Assembly (NCBI RefSeq): GCF_006345805.1
Contig: NC_043008.1
Coordinates: forward strand, 34,348,001 to 34,412,000
DNA length: 64,000 bases
Direction of reading: 5' to 3'
DNA from: Octopus sinensis
Taxonomy: Eukaryota
Positions 51,435-64,000 of this stretch are shown here, one piece after another. The first letter of the stretch is position 1; each line of letters opens with the position of its first letter. Made by a program: the position numbers and the translations under genes. The notes under the pieces are model-generated. The model ran no database searches, was not told where the DNA came from, and saw nothing but the letters and a program-made list of their open reading frames with translations.

Positions 51435-52153
51435 TGTTATATTTTGTAATTTACTGCTATTTTTCACCAATATTATACAGAAATATCACTGAAATAAGTC
51501 TCTTCTTCAACAACTATCTTTTAGGATAATTGCTTCAAACTAAATATCAAATAATTTAATCTTTTATATATATATAATTCATCTTTGGAGACAGCAAACA
51601 AATTTTCCAATATTGAACATTAAATAATGTTTGATATTGGAAATTTAATTCATAAAATTTATTTCCAATAATTTTATAATCATCCAGCTTATTACAGAGG
51701 TGACCTTCACTACTTGACAGAAGATAGGTCGTTACAACAGCAATTAAAACTGAGATAAGTCACTAAAAATATTTCATTAGTTGCAAACATAGGCTATTCT
51801 GGATGATTTAATTCTGAATAATATTTTAAAAACATATATAAAATAGAAATTATATAATTTATACCCAAGGTTTTAAGTTTTTGATGATGCTTCAGGATTT
51901 TTCATCTCCTTTCTTCAGAAAACTACCAGATAGGAGATCTCTCAGTTAATATAAAGAAGCAAGTTTATCATAATCTTAAGAAGAAACTATATTATAACAA
52001 GATGTTTTACTAACTTACCTACTTTAGTAATTAAAAGTCTATAGTGCTATAATAGATGAAAATTTAATTACATTTGATTAAGATAATGTTTTCTTTTTAC
52101 ATTTTAATTTGCAAAGTGAAAATACAGAAATGTAATAAAATATACATTCTTAC

Positions 52154-52236
52154 CTGTCAGAGTAAGGTTATCTCTACCTGACTTGATTAGGTCCACAACC
52201 TGTCGATGTGTAGCACCTTCAACATTAACACCATTT
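52154..52236 (-). CDS. SNX27: SNX27 internal exon, C-terminal half of PDZ domain
   Basis: 83 nt between acceptor ...catag and donor gtaag. Translates (V)[27 protein letters not shown](V), matching SNX27 PDZ NVEGATHKQVVDLI. Ends phase 1 and joins the next exon in frame. Confidence 0.95.
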
Positions 52237-55200
52237 CTATGTAAGAAGAAATAAAAAAAAGAACAAATGTCATTTCAATCCATTACATTAATATCATCAT
52301 CATCATCATTACTATTATTATTATTATTATTATTAGTTGCACTTAAGTCTGACTTTACCTTTTCATTCTGTTGTGGGTTGATAAAATGAAGTACCAGTCA
52401 AAAACTAGTAGTCTGCTTCATCAACGATACCTTCAACCAAAAATTATTATTAAAACAAGATAGGGACACCGGTAAGTTTGGAGAAGGCTGTAACTGTAAA
52501 TAAGAAACGTGAATCCATTTAACCCAAGCCAATGGACCTCAATGGAAATAAGAATAGTGAAGTAGCAGAAGCAAAAGAATTACTGACAACATGCCTTGCA
52601 ATATTTCCTTTGCATTCTGAGTTCAAATCCTACAGGGGTCAACTTTTTATTTCATCCTTCTGGGTCAAAAAGTTAAATAATGATCAAATTTTGAGGTTGG
52701 TTTAGTTGACTACACCCTTTCTGCAAAATTTGTGATTCTAGAAATCAGTAAGAGACTGGCAGAATCATTACAGTATCAGACAAAATGCTTTGTGGTACCT
52801 GTTCCAGCTCATTACACACTGAGTACATATACCCTTACATTAATTAATTGAGTATATTATGAGCACACATTCATTTAAAAGGAAAAGCTGTTCTCCAGTG
52901 ATGAAATACAACAGTAACTAGCACATTCACATTTGAATCTGTTTGAATGTAATAAGTGATAAGCCATCATTCTAATTCTCACTGTTCACCATGCACATGA
53001 CAATATAGTAAAAGAGAAAACTCTTCTTGTTTAAACTTCAGGTTAACCCCTAATCCAATAAGATCAACCCTTAAGTGTTTAAACAAGCCATATCCAGTCA
53101 AATATTTTGCTTGTTTTATGTTCAAACTGGCCAGATCTGGCTTCTCACACCAGCCCTACAATGTCATTCTAAAAATTAATACAAGATCATTCAAAATATT
53201 CTAAATATTAATAGTTATTTTAATCTCATTGCTACAAAGTAATTCATGATTAATTCAAAAGAATTTGAATAAAACAAGCATTGCTTTTGATAGAATAATG
53301 TGAATGCTAAAAGGTTAAGGACATTCCAGCCACAAAACACACTGTCTTTTTCCTCAGACCACATTATCCAGTGTATCCTTATTTTTCTAAGACAGCAGTG
53401 TAGGATTTGACGGAGATCTGGCTGCTATTTCTAGCAGATTGAAGAATCACATAGAGACTCTTTGATGAGTTGAAGAAAACTATTTTTATTCAACAAAGCC
53501 TACCTATAGCTAAGGAATATTTTTTTTTTTTTGAAAGATAGAAACATTATTACTAAGACAGTGGTACTGAAAAAGCAAAAAAAAAAAAAAAAGAAACGAC
53601 ACTTCAGCAAACTAACTAAAAAAAGAAGAGTAAATAATGATTTCACAAAACCACAAAATTTCAGAACAGGTAGCAATCAATTAGTTTTCCAGTATTTGTT
53701 TGTTTTTGTGTGTACCCTTTTCTTGACATCATCATGTGATGGTTGTACATAAGCATCATCATCATCATCATCATCATACAAGTGAGGTTGTCCATTTCCA
53801 GTCTTCTGTAAAGGGCATGTGCGACCATGAGAAAATATTACTTTGCTTGGAAAGAGGTGAAGAAAGGATCAAGAAAGGATCTGGTCATAGAAAATTTACC
53901 TCAACCAATTCCGTTTGACCCATGGAAAAGTGGACGTCAAATGACAATGGTGATGATAATGTGATAGCATCAGCAACTGAAAGAGGCAATGGAAACATTG
54001 TTTCCTGGGTTTGATTGGAAGATAAACTGTAATGTGATGATGATCATTTTGTTAGATACCTCCTCCACTTCCCTATTAATGCCCAGGACATGACTGATAA
54101 TTAAATTTAACAAGTCTGGAGAGATGAAAAGGAAAATCAACTGAGATAGCATTTGAATCCAGACTGTCAAAAAAATTACTTACTACAACTACTAATGATG
54201 ATGATGGTGATAATAATGAGTTATGCACAAGGCCAGAAATTTTAGTGGGATGGAGTTATTTTTTTTCTTCTATTTGTTTCAGTCATTTGACTGCGGCCAT
54301 GCTGGAGCACAGCCTTTAGTCGAACAAATCGACCCCAGGACTTATTCTTTGTAAGCCCAGTACTTATTCTACCGCTAAGTTACGGGGACGTGAACACACC
54401 AACATCGGTTGTCAAGCAATGGTAGGAGGACAAACACACACACACATATGACAGGCTTCTTTCAGTTTCCGTCTACCAAATCCACTCACAAGGCTTTGGT
54501 CGGCCCGAGGCTATAGTGGAAAACACTTGCCCAAGGTGCCATTCAGTGGGATTGAAACCGGAACCATGTGGTTGGTAAGCAAGCTACTTACCACACAGCC
54601 ACTAGAAACAAAGCCACAAAACTTCAAGACAGGAATCAATTACATTTCCAGTACTAATACTTGACAGGTACATTATTTTATCAACCCCCACTCCCAAGGG
54701 ATGGAAGGCTGATCTGAACTCAGATGGTAAAGGGCCAAAAGAAATACTGCAAGGCATTTCATTCAATAAGCTAATGGTTTTTATCAATCCAGAGGAATGT
54801 GTATGAAATCATAATCAGGTAAAGAAACACAAGATTTTAGTACGAGATAATGTACGTTGGTAAGTAATTAGCTGCTTAGGCAACCAGATAAGCTATCTTA
54901 GAATAAGCACAACTTTGAACAGGTGTTACCAGACAAAAATACCGGGCATAGTATGGACAAATAATTCACAAATGTAATTATGTGTGAAGGAAGTAGTTTG
55001 TTGACGAAGATTTTGAGCAAACTGCAAAAGAGCAAAAACAATTTTCTATTCAATGTTTTAAAAAACCACTAAGTCATTTCGATGCAATAAGTTAGAACGG
55101 AACCCTTGTCTGCCCCATCAGTCATCGTTTTTTTTTTATCTTTTATTTGTTTCAGTCATTGGACTGCGACCATGCTGGGGCACTGCAATGACTGATTTCA

Positions 55201-56078
55201 TGAAAACAAATCAATTCCAGTATTTAAGTCCGCTATTTATTCTATTAGTCTCTTTTGCTGAGTTGCTAAGTTATGGGGACACGAACAAACCAGCACCAAT
55301 CGTCAAGTGGTGGTGGTAGGAGGAGTCAAGCACAAAGAAAAAAAGAGACGTACACATGTACGACAGAAACATTTGCTCAAGATGGAACTATAGAAGAATA
55401 CACACGCCCAAAGTACCATACAGTGGAACTGAACTTGAAACTATGCAGTTGCAAAGTGAGTTTCTTAACCACTCGGCCATGCTTGCATCTACAATCATCA
55501 TCATCATTTAACATCCATTTCCCATACTAACATGGGTTGGATGGTTTGACAGGATCCAGGATGCTGTGGCTGCATTGGGTCCAGTGTCTACTTTGGTATG
55601 GTTTCTATGGCTGGATCTCCTTTCTAATGCCAACCACTTTAGTGTACACAGGGAACTTTTTTTTCATGCACCATCACTAGGAAAAGAACGAGGAAAGAAA
55701 GAGACCCCTTAACTAAGTGGAAGGAGGACTTGAGAAGGAGGAAGTGGCTTTATGCAAAGTGTTTGGAGGTTAAAGTATGATAGGACAAACACAGTTGTCT
55801 TGTTATAGAAAAGCTATATGGCTAACTTATATTATATAAGGGTGGGTGGAAGAAGCTGGGAATAAGATGGTAGTGATGGTGTGCCAGAGCATGCCCTCAA
55901 GATGCAAGGAGGTGAGCAAAAAGAGGATATAGGGTGTGGATCAGGAGTGGAAAGGAGGGGATATGGGAAGGGAGTTACAAGTGATGTACAGGGAAGGAGG
56001 TGAAGCTTGATGGGAAATATGAATACGGAGAAAAGTGGTATTAGAAGTGGTCCAGGGATGATGGATCAAGAAGTAGAG

Positions 56079-56336
56079 CAGAGATTCTCAACCATTTTTT
56101 ATTTATGAACCCCATCGCCATTCAATGGTTAAAAACTAGTTTTATAGAATGTTATTGATTAATTTCTGTAGATTGAACTATGTAAAATGTTTGAGAAAGA
56201 AATCTAGTTGTTTCTTGCAATACATACCAGTACATACATCTAAAGCAAAATTTAATAAGGGGCCCCATTTTACTATTTTTTTTTTGTTTTTGTAAACCCC
56301 CAAAAATCTTATATTGACCCTGGTTGAGAACCACTG
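56079..56336. mobile_element. hAT (Charlie-type) MITE
   Basis: TIRs CAGAGATTCTCAACC / GGTTGAGAACCACTG; 8-bp TSD AAGTAGAG / ATGTAGAG. Confidence 0.8.
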
Positions 56337-57503
56337 ATGTAGAGGATGATGAACAAGGCGAAGAGTGATGGGGAGAGAGAGCTAGAGGTACATAAGGGAG
56401 GACATAGTGAGAGGGGCATGGTGGCAAATACATTAGGGCATTAAGAATGATAACACATAAAAAAAATTAAGTTGGCAAAGCATATTTTGAGAATCAGACA
56501 AAATAGCTCCTATTCTTTAGTTAGAGCTATTTTATATTCTTCATCTGAATACCTCTGAAGTCGACTTTTCTTTCATCCTTCCCAGAGTCAATAAAATAAA
56601 TACCAATGAAGCAGTCGGGTTCAATATAATCCATTCACCAAAATGAATGGTTTTGTGCTCAAGTTAGAAAACACAATTAGCATAGAAATTAATTTTAAAA
56701 AAGCCTGTTCTATACAGGTCCAATGTTTTAATCTCAATTATCCAACATCTAACAGCTTAATTAGCAAGCATTTGAATTTATTGAACAATTAGTGGGATGA
56801 ACTACTGAAATGACAACTACTATTTCTTTTTCCTTTACTTTTTTTTTTAAGTGTTTTAATTTTAATTGTTTGCTTTTAATACTAAATATGTTTTGACAGC
56901 AACCAGAACAACACAATTAGTGTCAAAGAACAGTTATTTGGCTCTGGTCAATTTTTTAATAACAGCCTCAAACTGATAGGAATTTTAGTACTAAGCAGTA
57001 TCATAAGTTTAATATATATAAACAATACCAAGATATTGTCATCATTATCATTGTTTCAACAACTACTTTTCCATGCTTGCATGGGTCACACATAATTCAT
57101 AGAGGCAGGTTTTCTATGTCTGGAGCCTCTTCCTATCATCAACCCTTACTTGTTTCCAAACAAGGAAATATTTGTCCATGGTTGGAGATGATTTTACAGA
57201 AGACTGGAAATGAAGAACATCATTTATATTCAACTATTACGCAACATCAAGGAAACATAAACACACACACACACACACACATAGACATTACCATCATATT
57301 ATAGAGAGAGTAGGAAAAAATAAAATGAGCCCAGTATCAGCAACATAGAGTAGAGCTCATATGGCTGAGAACTTAAACTCCACCTCTTCGTCCAGGGCAG
57401 GAGCCTCTGCATCGAAAGTTAGCTGTAAGGACAATCCTTATCAACTTGTTACAGATGCAGTAAAGTAGATAAACACAAGTAGGTTTGAGGAGTAGACTTA
57501 CAT

Positions 57504-57607
57504 GGAGCACAAAATACAGATTACAGAATAAAGAAAAAAAAACCCACAGAACAAAAGAAATATGTTAAGCCTGTTCTGTTTATTCAATAATCTCTATTTT
57601 GTGCTCC
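57504..57607. repeat. Inverted repeat, ~29-bp arms
   Basis: GGAGCACAAAATACAGATTACAGAATAAA vs TTTATTCAATAATCTCTATTTTGTGCTCC, next to (TA)n. Confidence 0.8.
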
Positions 57608-58364
57608 CTGTATATATATATATGCATCTCAAGCCTACCTGCATTTATCTCTCTCTCTCTTTATATATAGGAACACTCCGTAGGTTGCAACGACGAGGGT
57701 CCCAGCTGATACGATCAATGGAACAGCTTGCTCGTGAAATTAACGTACAAGTGGCTGAGCAATCCACAAACACGTGTACCCTTAATGTAGTTTTCGGGGA
57801 GATTCAGCGTGGCACAGAGTGTGACAAGGCTGACCCTTTGATATACAGGTACTACTTATTTTTGCCAGCTGAGTGTACTGGAGTAATGTGAAATAAAGTG
57901 TCTTGCTCAAGGATACAACGCACCGCCGGGAATTGAACTCACGACCTTACGATCATGAGCTGAATGCCCCTAACCACTAATATACAAACAGGCTACTTTT
58001 AGTTTCCATTTACCAAATCCATTTACAAGGTTTGGTGTCGCTACAGTAAACGACACTTATCCAAGGCATCATACAGTGGGACTGAACCTAAAACCAAGTG
58101 TTTGGGAAGCAAACTTCTTAACCACACGACCATGCCTATACCTACATTTACCATATTTTTACTATATCCAAGTAATGATCACCACAGGCAGGTTGACAGT
58201 AAAACAAGACTTCAGATATGGCAGATGCACAAAATAGTAAGCAGTAAGAGTACCCATGTAATAAATTCAATTACTCAGAGGGTTTAACAGAAATAGTCTA
58301 TAGCTTTTGTCACCCACTAGTGGATGTAGGTACCCTCAATAGGAACAGGATACAAAGTTCAAAA

Positions 58365-59115
58365 GGGTTTCTCTCTTCAAGTGAAGGATTGATTGTATGA
58401 TGCTTGTGTACAAAGTGCAGTGCTGCATGACAGTGAAACATGGGCATTGAATACAGAGAGAGTGATTAAGAACTGAAACAATGCATGCTTTGCTAGATGT
58501 GCAATATTAGAGTGCATGACTGATAAAAGAAAGCAAAAAAATCAAATGAACTGAGAGGAAAATTATGGAAGTGGAATCAGATGTAGTGTACAAGGGAGTG
58601 TGCCATGCTAAAACAGATATATAACGCATATGGGTGATGGGGTTAAGAAGTACCAAGATAGCCAAATGATAGCTAGCTGAAAAAGAAAGAGACCAAGGAA
58701 GATGCAAGCATGGGTGTAGTTAATAAGTTTGGTTTTCAACCACTTGGTTTCAAGTTCAGTTCCATTGAGTGATAACTTGGAGGTGGGTCTTTTACTAAAA
58801 CTGGTCCAACATTGTGAGTGGATTTCGCAGATGAAAACTAAAAATAGTCTCTGTGTGTGTGGATAGATAGATATTTAGATAGACAGACAAATATAGTCTC
58901 TCCCCCACCTCTCTCTCTCTCCTTGTTTTGACATTGCATAATATCTGTAAAACTAGAAAATAAAATGCATTGCTGGCAGAGGTGGTGAAAGTTGATTTCA
59001 GAAATCTCATAAAAGACGACAAAAGAATAAGAATGAAACAAGTGGAGACATTGCTGTGGAGAAAACCCATCCAATTCATGCAAGCATGGGAAAACAGATA
59101 TAAAACAAATGATAA
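58365..59115 (+). mobile_element. RTE-like LINE fragment interrupted by a SINE remnant
   Basis: KGFSLQVK..LYDACVQSAVLHDSETWAL at ~58365-58450; same CATGCAAGCATGG tail at ~59075-59115; SINE-A remnant at ~58712-58935. Confidence 0.6.
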
Positions 59116-59194
59116 TCAGTTTTATCATATCCAAGTAATATCATGATATATTTTTATGATATTCAAGCAATATATACTTAGTGTTATGCACACA

Positions 59195-59509
59195 TCATTT
59201 GTTGGGGCATAGCACATAACGATTGTCAGGTTTCGGTTAAGGAGCAAATATTTAAGAAAAAGTGGAAGTGGATTGGTAGCACAATTAGAAAAGACACCAA
59301 ATGTAGTGAAAAGTGCTTTACAGTGGAAACCGAATGGATATAGAAGGAGAGGTAGGCCTAAGAACTTGTGGTGGAGATCAACACAAAAGGAACTAGAGAA
59401 AGGGGGACATTCATGGCATAGTATAAATACAGAAGCCAAAAATTATGTGACATGGAATTCAACTATAAGTGGCCTATACTCCGCGTTGGAGGGTTAAAGG
59501 CATAAAGAA
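59195..59509 (+). mobile_element. 5'-inverted, truncated RTE LINE insertion
   Basis: 12-bp TSD GTTATGCACACA (59183-59194, 59510-59521). Plus-strand KKKWKWIG...ALQWKPNGYRRRGRPKNLW (RTE C-terminus); inverted NLTIVMCYAPTND at the 5' end. Confidence 0.8.
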
Positions 59510-61744
59510 GTTATGCACACAATCAGTCAGTCAAAATGCATAACCTAAGAAGGCTGTAGAAACACAGCAAGAGGTGCAAGCTCTTATCCCTATTTTTCAC
59601 CACCTCCAGGTTATCTCAAGTTTTTCAGCAAATATAAATTCTTCTTTAATAAAAACAACAAAAATAATCCAAAGGCTGGATCAACTCAATGGTTACTGTA
59701 TTTCTATAATCACTAAATTAAAACTAGAAAACTAGATTGTTTTGCTCCTTTTTTATATAAACCTAACATCTGTGCCTTCGGTAAATCAAACTGAAACTAT
59801 TTTTTATAATCCAATTAATAATTCTTTAATAAAGAATTTATATTTGTTCATTCTCTGTAGACAGTTATTTACTATAAAACTAAAGTGTTCCCATGGAAAA
59901 TCCACAGGTGTTAATGATATTCAGTTTTATAGTTAATCACTTTAAACAAACTGTTTGGAGAGGGATTAATGGAATAAAATGTCCTTCATTATTATTTAAT
60001 AAATAACAAAATATATTACACACATAAAATATACATGAAACAATATACAATTTATACATGGACAGTCACACACGTGAACATTTCTACTCAGTATTCAGCT
60101 AATTAAATGATCTGTCAATATTTCCATGAAATACAGATATAGCGGAAAGTACCATGTTAGATAGATGGACAATCAAAGAGAGGCTGATACACTACTGAAG
60201 TTAGTAGAGAATTATTATTGTGAATGTTTAGCCCCAGGTCACCCTGATTTCACCAATCCAGCCATGTTTGTCCCATCTTTTTGCTCAGACATAATAGTGT
60301 ACTCTACACTACACTATCAAATGTGTTTGTTTTCTAACATTTTTATTATGGAAAGCAGTTATATCCACCTTAAAGTTCAGTACCTTTAACATTGGAAAGC
60401 ACTTATATACACCAATGTATCTTTCGTTGAGGAATGTTAAGTTTGAAATTATTTTTTGTCAAGATATGTCAAGTTTACTGAGGCAATGCAACTTGAAGAA
60501 AACAGCAAATCAATTTTTCGACAGATATTTCACTACAAAATTAAATTTTATGGTTATTCCAGTAATGATGTTAAAGGGTTAAAATGATAGGGTATGATTT
60601 GAAGGTACTTTGGCTGCCGTTTCTAGCACATTGAACAATCATATAGAGATTCTTTTGTTGGATCTGGGTTCCTCTTCCACTGTAACAATGATCCTGGGGG
60701 ACATCATTTTAGTCCCCACCCCTCCCATACTCCCAACACTTCATCTATAATTTATTGTAAAACCCACGTATCACTAATCAAATAAAGTTACTGTTTCCAT
60801 CACATTTTAAGTCATATTTCAAAATTAGTTTCTTAATTAGTTTAAAATAAAATTAGAAACAATCTAATTGCTGATGTTTAATCTGCATTTACAGCGAAGA
60901 CAAACACTTGCTGTGTATAAAATGAGGTTCCTTTACAGCGCTGAGAGTGGACTCTCACCAATAATCTATATAAAATATAACAAAGACAAAATCCCAAAGC
61001 TAACAACCTGTGTTATGATCAAAATCTAATTTTGTTTTCAGACAAGAAAATCAGTGAGATAGAGTGTTAGAAAGAGAGAGATAGAGGAAAATCAATGAGA
61101 TAGATTGTTAGGGAGAAATAGAGAGAGGTATAGAGCTAGCATGGGACACAGAGAAAGACAGAGGCAACAGGAGAGATAAAGAGAAGAAAAGGTGAGAAGA
61201 AATTTTCTTTACTGAATTGTCTTTCTCTCTGTCTGATACTTTGCTTGGTTTCCACAACCTACTATATCTATCTCATGGAATGTGAGCCAACCTGCAAGAA
61301 ATAGCAGCTAGATTTCCCACAAACCACAGCCTATCATCTCTAAAAAAGAAAAGCAAGACACACTGAACTATGAAGTCTCTGTTATATATAAAAAGACAGG
61401 CTGGAATGCCTTTCATCATAGGTGTGAGCAATTAAGGCTGACCTAGGTATAAACAAGTATTCATGGAATGAGATACTTATATTCAGTGTGAGAATTGCAA
61501 TAGGCGTTGCTGTGTGGTCAAGAAACTCACTTTACAACCTCATGGTTTTGAGTTCAGTCCTACTGCACAGCACCTTGAGCAAATATCTTCTACCATAGCC
61601 TTGGGCTGACCAATACCCTGTGGGTGAATTTGGTAGAAGGAAACTGTGTAGAAGCCTACTGTGTGGTAGTCTATGCTAGGGTAATAATTATGTATTTTTA
61701 GGTTTAGGAGATTCTATGGCATATATATATATACATATGCTACA

Positions 61745-61928
61745 TAGTTGAAATTTATAGAAAAACAAAAGATGAAGAAACAACAAGCAGGTGTATTAGT
61801 TTGACGCTCGGGAAGGTGAGAAAGTCTTTTACGTTTCGAGCCTACGCTCTTCAACAGAAAGGAACATGAGGAAATAAACAGAGAGAGAATAAAAAACTTG
61901 TGGATTTAGTGGTCAGACACGGTAGTCA
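61745..61928 (-). mobile_element. ~200-bp hammerhead-like dispersed element, copy 3 (best preserved motif)
   Basis: Minus strand CTTT-CTGTTGA-A-GAGC-GTAG-GCTC-GAAACGT-A-AAAG (61826-61861). Sits in (TA)n inside a family-A SINE. Confidence 0.65.
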
Positions 61929-62344
61929 ATATATATATTGAGAGATAGTGTGTGTGCGTGCGTGTGCATGAGCCCACGTGTTTGTTTGTCCACTTCTTGC
62001 CACAGCTTGACAACAGATGGTATATTCCCTCATATTTTAATGGTTTGGCAAAAAAGACAGATAGGAGAGCTGGGGCAATTTATTTGAGTTAAAACCCTTC
62101 AAGGCAGTGCCCTAACATGGCTGCAGTCCAATGACTGAAACAAGTAAAAGATAAAAGATACTTTTTCCAACATGTTGTTGTTGATGTTTCTGTTTAACCC
62201 TAGGCCAGGCTTTATCCAGCAGATTTTCGATTAAAGATTGTTAAAACTGCAAACATCCCAGCTTTCATTCTTTAGCCCTTTAGCATTCAGATTAATTTAT
62301 CAAACATAATGCTTGTTTATCCAAATTTTTAAAAATTAATCCTA

Positions 62345-62386
<42 letters not shown>

Positions 62387-64000
62387 TCATCATCATCATC
62401 ATCATCATCGTTTAACGTCCGCTTTCCATGCTAGCATGGGTTGGACGGTTCAACTGGGGTTTGGGAAGCCCGAAGGTTGCACCAGGCATAAAATACAAAA
62501 TGGGACAAGAACGCAAAACATCCGGACAGCTAGGTGATACAAAAAAGGACAACAAAACATCCAGATAGAGGATACAAAAAAAGACAAGGACAGGTCATTC
62601 GAAGTTTTTTTCCCTCAGTCAAGCACCAGATTATCCTCGCAATTTCGTCTGAATATATATATAAGATTTTGATGATGTGATTATTTAATTTTAGAATGAT
62701 ACTGTAGGGTAGGTGTGAGAGGCAGGATCTAACCACTTTCAATATAAAACTGGCAGAATATATGGACCAGATATTGCTGGTTTAAATGGTAAAGAGTTAA
62801 ATTATGTGTATCTACGAGTACATTATCCAAAGTGTCCTTCCTTTTTTGATGTAGACACAAACAGGTAGAGATTTGAAAGTGCTTTCGATGTTCATTCATG
62901 CAGGTTGAGAGAAACAATCATAGAATAGGGTCCATTGTTAGCATCATAGCTAAGACCATGCTGAAGTGCCACCTTCATTAGGAAGTTTACCTCCACCTTA
63001 AACAAGCAGATTAGCATTATATTTTGTAATTTCTATTGTCTTGGGATCTCATAAAATTCTTTCAGTTTCCTTTTCCTATTCAAATTATTCAAAAGCGTTT
63101 ATTATATCAAAGTTATTATAATTGTTTATCTAAAACCGTTTTAAGTATTTCCACTAGTCTTTTATAAAAGAAAAAATTAAGTCTATAATAAAACTACCTG
63201 AAAGACACACACATATATATATGTATGTATAAATAAAGGCAAATTAGAAAATTGCTTGTCAGGCTACTATTCAAGTACTACATTCATTCTAATTATTCTC
63301 AGAAGGAAGGAAGAATTAGTTAATTATCTTTGCTTTGCTTTCACCAAGTATTTGTGCTAAAGTATGTGTGTGTAATCGTGTGTGTGCATGTGTGTGTGTG
63401 TGTGTGTGTGTGAACAAGTGTGTATACATGTGTCTGTATGATGTGCATATATGATCATGAATGAGTGAATGAATGAATGTACGTGTACGCATGAGTGTAT
63501 CTATGAGAAGGAGTGTGTGTGTGTGTGTGTGTGTGTTTGATTGTTATCTTTTTGTTTCAGTTTTCTAACATACAACAAAAACGAGCAATTATACAAGTCA
63601 GCTTTGAAAGACACAAAATATCTGAAGATTATTCACAGGCAGAAGCAGCAACAGCTGCAGTGATGAAGGCTGTGGTGTTGGTGGTGGTAAAAGAGGCAGT
63701 TTTAAATGGATATTTGTCTCTTTTATTAAGGAACTCTCTCACTGATGATTCAAAGGAAATTGTTAGCTATTTAAAAGATCTAACACAATGGCAACCAAAA
63801 CTAATAGCAGTTATTGTAAAATATATTTAGTGAGATATGAGTGTTTAGCGCAGGAATGAAACCTTTGTTTTATTTCTAGTTAGATTTTAAATACTCCACG
63901 GATTAGAATACATTAACACTAACTTAGCTGTTGTATTATATATATATTTATTTTCTGAGAAAGCTGTCATTTCATTATTTCACTTCGAAAGGATTCTATT

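Noticed and set aside
60730-60770. Possible end of SNX27 exon 1 (IDEV|gt)
   Set aside because: Upstream does not encode GDRILEV or GYGF; exon 1 was not found in the window.
63742-63770. CTGATGA...GAAA as a hammerhead (also 10402-10435)
   Set aside because: No stem II or stem I support; expected by chance.

Overview
AT-rich, repeat-dense animal genomic DNA. The SINE repertoire and (TA)n/(CA)n/(ATC)n density point to an octopod cephalopod (Octopus); this is inference. The only host gene is sorting nexin 27 (SNX27) on the minus strand. Six internal exons (52236-52154, 35963-35815, 15806-15614, 6828-6758, 3741-3637, 1053-975) have GT-AG boundaries and splice in frame, giving the PDZ C-terminal half, the PX domain and the start of the FERM-like/RA region. 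Exon 1 and the 3' exons were not found and probably lie outside the window. Most other ORF-track entries are spurious reads through SINEs and microsatellites. The introns hold several SINE families, LINE relics (R4/Dong-like, RTE, CR1-like), a deleted piggyBac, a hAT transposase relic and piggyBac, Tc1/mariner, hAT and Mutator-type MITEs. The most interesting signal is a set of minimal type I hammerhead-ribozyme motifs of the Penelope/retrozyme kind. A (TA)n-embedded fold-back element (37841-38618) has one hammerhead in each inverted arm plus a third downstream; one has a fully canonical core on the SNX27 sense strand. A separate dispersed ~200-bp family (3 copies) has a non-canonical CUGUUGA core. 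Also noted: a twin-priming-type 5'-inverted RTE insertion, locally templated insertions, SINE head/tail shuffling, and an inverted SINE pair bracketing a 342-nt stop-free exon pair (circRNA candidate).
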